This document shows positions 62,902 to 64,000 of a stretch of DNA of 64,000 bases, in pieces. Below the pieces are notes generated by a model. The model searched no databases. It was not told the origin of the DNA and saw nothing but the letters and a program-made list of their open reading frames with translations. Numbering within the stretch: position 1 is the stretch's first letter; each line of letters opens with the position of its first letter. Position numbers and translations under genes: made by a program. The DNA comes from Alphaproteobacteria bacterium (GTDB lineage Bacteria; Pseudomonadota; Alphaproteobacteria; SHVZ01), in the NCBI GenBank assembly GCA_016869375.1, contig VGEH01000002.1:2044-66043 (forward strand), given 5' to 3'.

Positions 62902-63572
62902 GCATCACTCTCTATTCGGGGCCGATCAGCCTCTTCGCGCGCAAGGCGGAGATCGCGCTGGGCGAGAAGGGCCTCGAATTCGAGCGCATCATGGTGCCCT
63001 TCACCCAGGCGAACGGCTATCAGCCGAAGCATCCCAACGTGCTTGCTGCGAATCCCAAGGCGCAGGTACCGGTGCTGATCGACGGCGACCTGACGATGTT
63101 CGATTCGACGCTGATCTTCGAGTATCTCGAAGAGGCCCATCCCGAGCCGGCGCTGTGGCCGAAGGATCCGAAGGACCGCGCGCGCTGCCGCATGATGGAG
63201 CTCTTCGGCGACGAGATCCTGCTGCCGGCGGTCCGCCCGATCATGCACCGGAGCGTGCCGCCGACCGATGCCGAGACGCGGCTCAAGGAGGAGGAAGCGG
63301 GCAGGCAGGGCGAGCTCGTGCTCCTGCAGCACTACGCCGCGCTCGATGCCCATCTTGATGCGACCGGCTTCCTCTGCGGCGACTATTCGTACGCCGACAT
63401 CAGCGTGTTCATGGGACTCACCTTCTCGCTACGTCTGAAGGGGCCACGTCTCGACGCGCATCCGAAGCTTGCGGCATGGTATGCGCGCGTCGAAGCGCGG
63501 CCGGCTGTAGCGAAGGTGAAGGCCGACCTGCTTGCCGCCGATCGCCTCCTGTCGCCGACCCTCTACGCTTGA
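62898..63572 (+). CDS. glutathione S-transferase
   Basis: GTG 62898 (GTGA overlap), 224 aa. ITLYSGPISLFARKAEIAL..., QVPVLIDGDLTMFDSTLIFEYLEE, and a C-terminal alpha domain. Confidence 0.85.
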   Translation: MSITLYSGPISLFARKAEIALGEKGLEFERIMVPFTQANGYQPKHPNVLAANPKAQVPVLIDGDLTMFDSTLIFEYLEEAHPEPALWPKDPKDRARCRMMELFGDEILLPAVRPIMHRSVPPTDAETRLKEEEAGRQGELVLLQHYAALDAHLDATGFLCGDYSYADISVFMGLTFSLRLKGPRLDAHPKLAAWYARVEARPAVAKVKADLLAADRLLSPTLYA

Positions 63573-63580
63573 AAGCATCG

Positions 63581-64000
63581 ATGGAACGGAAGCCCGCAAC
63601 CGTGTTCAGGCCTACCGAGATGCGCGAGAAGGCGCAGCCCTTCACCCAGCGCCTCAACCCCCGCTCGGCCTTCTCGATCTTCCGGCTCGGGCTCCGCAGC
63701 GGCCTCGCGCGCACCGGCGTCAGCATCGTCTGGCTCGCGCCCGGCGAGGAGAGCTTCGCCTATCACGCGCATCGCGCCGAGGAGGAGTGGCTCTATATCC
63801 TCGAAGGCAAGGCCGTGTGCCGCATCGATGGCAAGGAGGTGACTTTGGCCGCTGGCGATTTCGTCGGCTTCCCGGTGCCGGGCGTGCCGCACCTCCTCAA
63901 GAACCCGTTCGAGGCCGACTGCAAATACCTCGTCGGCGGCAGCCGGCCGGACATGGACATCATCGACTATCCCGAGCTTGGCAAGAGCTACGTGATCCAT
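63581..64000 (+). CDS. cupin domain protein (3' end beyond the window)
   Basis: Hand translation from ATG 63581: MERKPATVFRPTEMREKAQPF...FAYHAHRAEEEWLYILEGKAVCRIDGKEVTLAAGDFVGFPVPGVPHLLKN... Both cupin motifs are present. Open to the window end and absent from the ORF track because there is no stop. Confidence 0.75.
   Translation, partial: MERKPATVFRPTEMREKAQPFTQRLNPRSAFSIFRLGLRSGLARTGVSIVWLAPGEESFAYHAHRAEEEWLYILEGKAVCRIDGKEVTLAAGDFVGFPVPGVPHLLKNPFEADCKYLVGGSRPDMDIIDYPELGKSYVIH

Noticed and set aside
63563-64000. 145-aa minus-strand ORF at the right edge
   Set aside because: The plus strand from ATG 63581 encodes a clean cupin-domain protein (YHAHRAEEEWLYILEG ... GDFVGFPVPGVPH). The minus-strand ORF is its shadow.

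Overview
This is a high-GC, densely coding chromosomal segment. By eye about two thirds of the bases are G+C. The gene content looks like a Rhizobiales/Hyphomicrobiales-type alphaproteobacterium; that is an inference from the gene families, not a search result. I support about 70 protein-coding genes, many joined by 1-8 nt start/stop overlaps. I saw no rRNA, tRNA or CRISPR array.

Layout from left to right:
- 0.1-3.2 kb: an unassigned coupled gene pair, a GNAT gene, a tartrate/D-malate dehydrogenase gene, and two tandem small secreted paralogs.
- 3.3-16.3 kb: a pim-like acyl-CoA beta-oxidation cluster with a Liv-type ABC importer and an IclR regulator.
- 16.4-17.1 kb: a lower-GC HigB/HigA cassette.
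- 17.1-30.2 kb: a GlxA-type regulator, then a Dpp-like importer, two gamma-glutamyltransferase paralogs, an FAD oxidoreductase and an MmgE/PrpD protein.
- 30.2-37.4 kb: a second Opp/Dpp-like importer, a mannonate-dehydratase-family gene and a 50-codon membrane ORF that the ORF track misses.
- 37.5-41.8 kb: a haloacid dehalogenase gene, ubiX and pcaCBGH.
- 41.9-48.9 kb: an Ldh_2 oxidoreductase, tandem amidases, a ceramidase-like gene, ridA and a proline iminopeptidase gene.
- 48.9-49.7 kb: an intact 810-bp IS5-family element with an A7 frameshift site.
- 49.7-51.8 kb: a KAP-family P-loop NTPase broken by one in-frame TGA. I consider this the most unusual locus in the window.
- 51.9-55.1 kb: DUF411, a glycosyltransferase, dienelactone hydrolase and VapC/Phd.
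- 55.3-60.0 kb: thyX, a GNAT gene, and a BigR-type persulfide/sulfite locus.
- 60.0-64.0 kb: a WYL regulator, two DUF1127 small proteins flanking a VOC gene, a glycolipid-binding-domain protein, GST, and a partial cupin gene.

Most of the long ORFs in the track that lie antisense to these genes are GC-driven shadow ORFs.
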